DNA of 64,000 nt, from the NCBI RefSeq assembly GCF_964204645.1, contig NC_134033.1, positions 2,624,131 through 2,688,130 of the forward strand, read 5' to 3'. The notes beneath the pieces are model-generated. The model was not told the origin of the DNA, did not search any database, and worked only from the letters and a program-made list of their open reading frames with translations. The DNA comes from Tubulanus polymorphus. Lineage: Eukaryota > Animalia > Nemertea. The translations under genes were made by a program, and so were the position numbers. This document shows positions 63,382 through 64,000 of the stretch, in pieces; within the stretch, counting starts at the first letter, position 1, and the number at the start of each line of letters is the position of its first letter.

Positions 63382-64000
63382 GGGTCAATCCGTATTTTCA
63401 GATAAAGTAAAATCTAACCTTTCGTTTTCTACTGCGAATTAAGATCAAGAAAATATGGTTTCAACGAAAAACCAGGTAAAACCCGAAAAGACCACGTTAC
63501 AACGAAAAACTGATCTTTCTTAAACTCTTAAAGCAGTCATTGACCCTGAAGTTCATTTAATAGGTAGATTTCACTTGATTTGTTTCGATTTGATCAGTGT
63601 CCCTTACAGACCAAACCACCACACCTGTCGGGATCGAAACAGGGGGTTCGAATTAGAAATCAGCAATCGAAGTACAGATATAGTTGGCGATATATATCCG
63701 CTCGGTTGTCCAATTTACAGATTTTCATTGTTTAAATCGAAGTACGTAATTGGAACTGGTTTAAACATGGCTTAAAACGAGAAAAATGTGGCGTTATGGC
63801 GGCTAGAAACTTTAAAACGGTTACTGAATCTTACATTCAACGAGCACTCTTTCAGTTACTTGTTACTTTCTTGGCCTTATCTCTGTAAACTAGCTGCCAA
63901 TAGATTTGTTGCGAAGTTAGACATTTTTCGCGAAATGGATCCTCGGACACTGGTGGTTCAAAGAGTTTTCGATTGCGACAACGAGAAACTAGGGTTTCGA

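Larger units (their letters stand above)
50905..64000 (+). repeat. Near-identical direct duplicate of 1..13096 (period 50,904 bp)
   Basis: All ORFs recur at +50904 with identical translations. Confidence 0.97.

Overview
Eukaryotic, most likely invertebrate-animal, DNA. The window is a head-to-tail tandem array (all + strand) of single-exon rhodopsin-class (class A) 7TM GPCR genes of about 400-440 aa. They carry ERF in place of DRY and NFFIY in place of NPxxY, as in FMRFamide-receptor-like / invertebrate chemoreceptor-like expansions. A 50,904-bp unit holds 15 loci: 10 intact, 3 frameshifted and 2 5'-truncated. Bases 1-13096 recur almost identically at 50905-64000. The paralogues are mosaics of hypervariable extracellular segments (N-terminus, ECL1, ECL2, ECL3) between nearly invariant TM3/ICL2, ICL3 and TM7/helix-8 blocks. 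Spacers of about 2 kb come in two types. Type A starts with a tRNA-like/SINE-like head with repeated B-boxes. Type B contains a small MITE-like element and a tRNA-Thr(TGT) gene or pseudogene. Both types converge on a shared upstream block. Also present: a 5'-truncated L2/Crack-like LINE, a second short LINE 3' fragment, three copies of a ~670-bp non-coding repeat (two forming an inverted pair) and microsatellites. All comparisons were made by eye; no alignments or searches were run.
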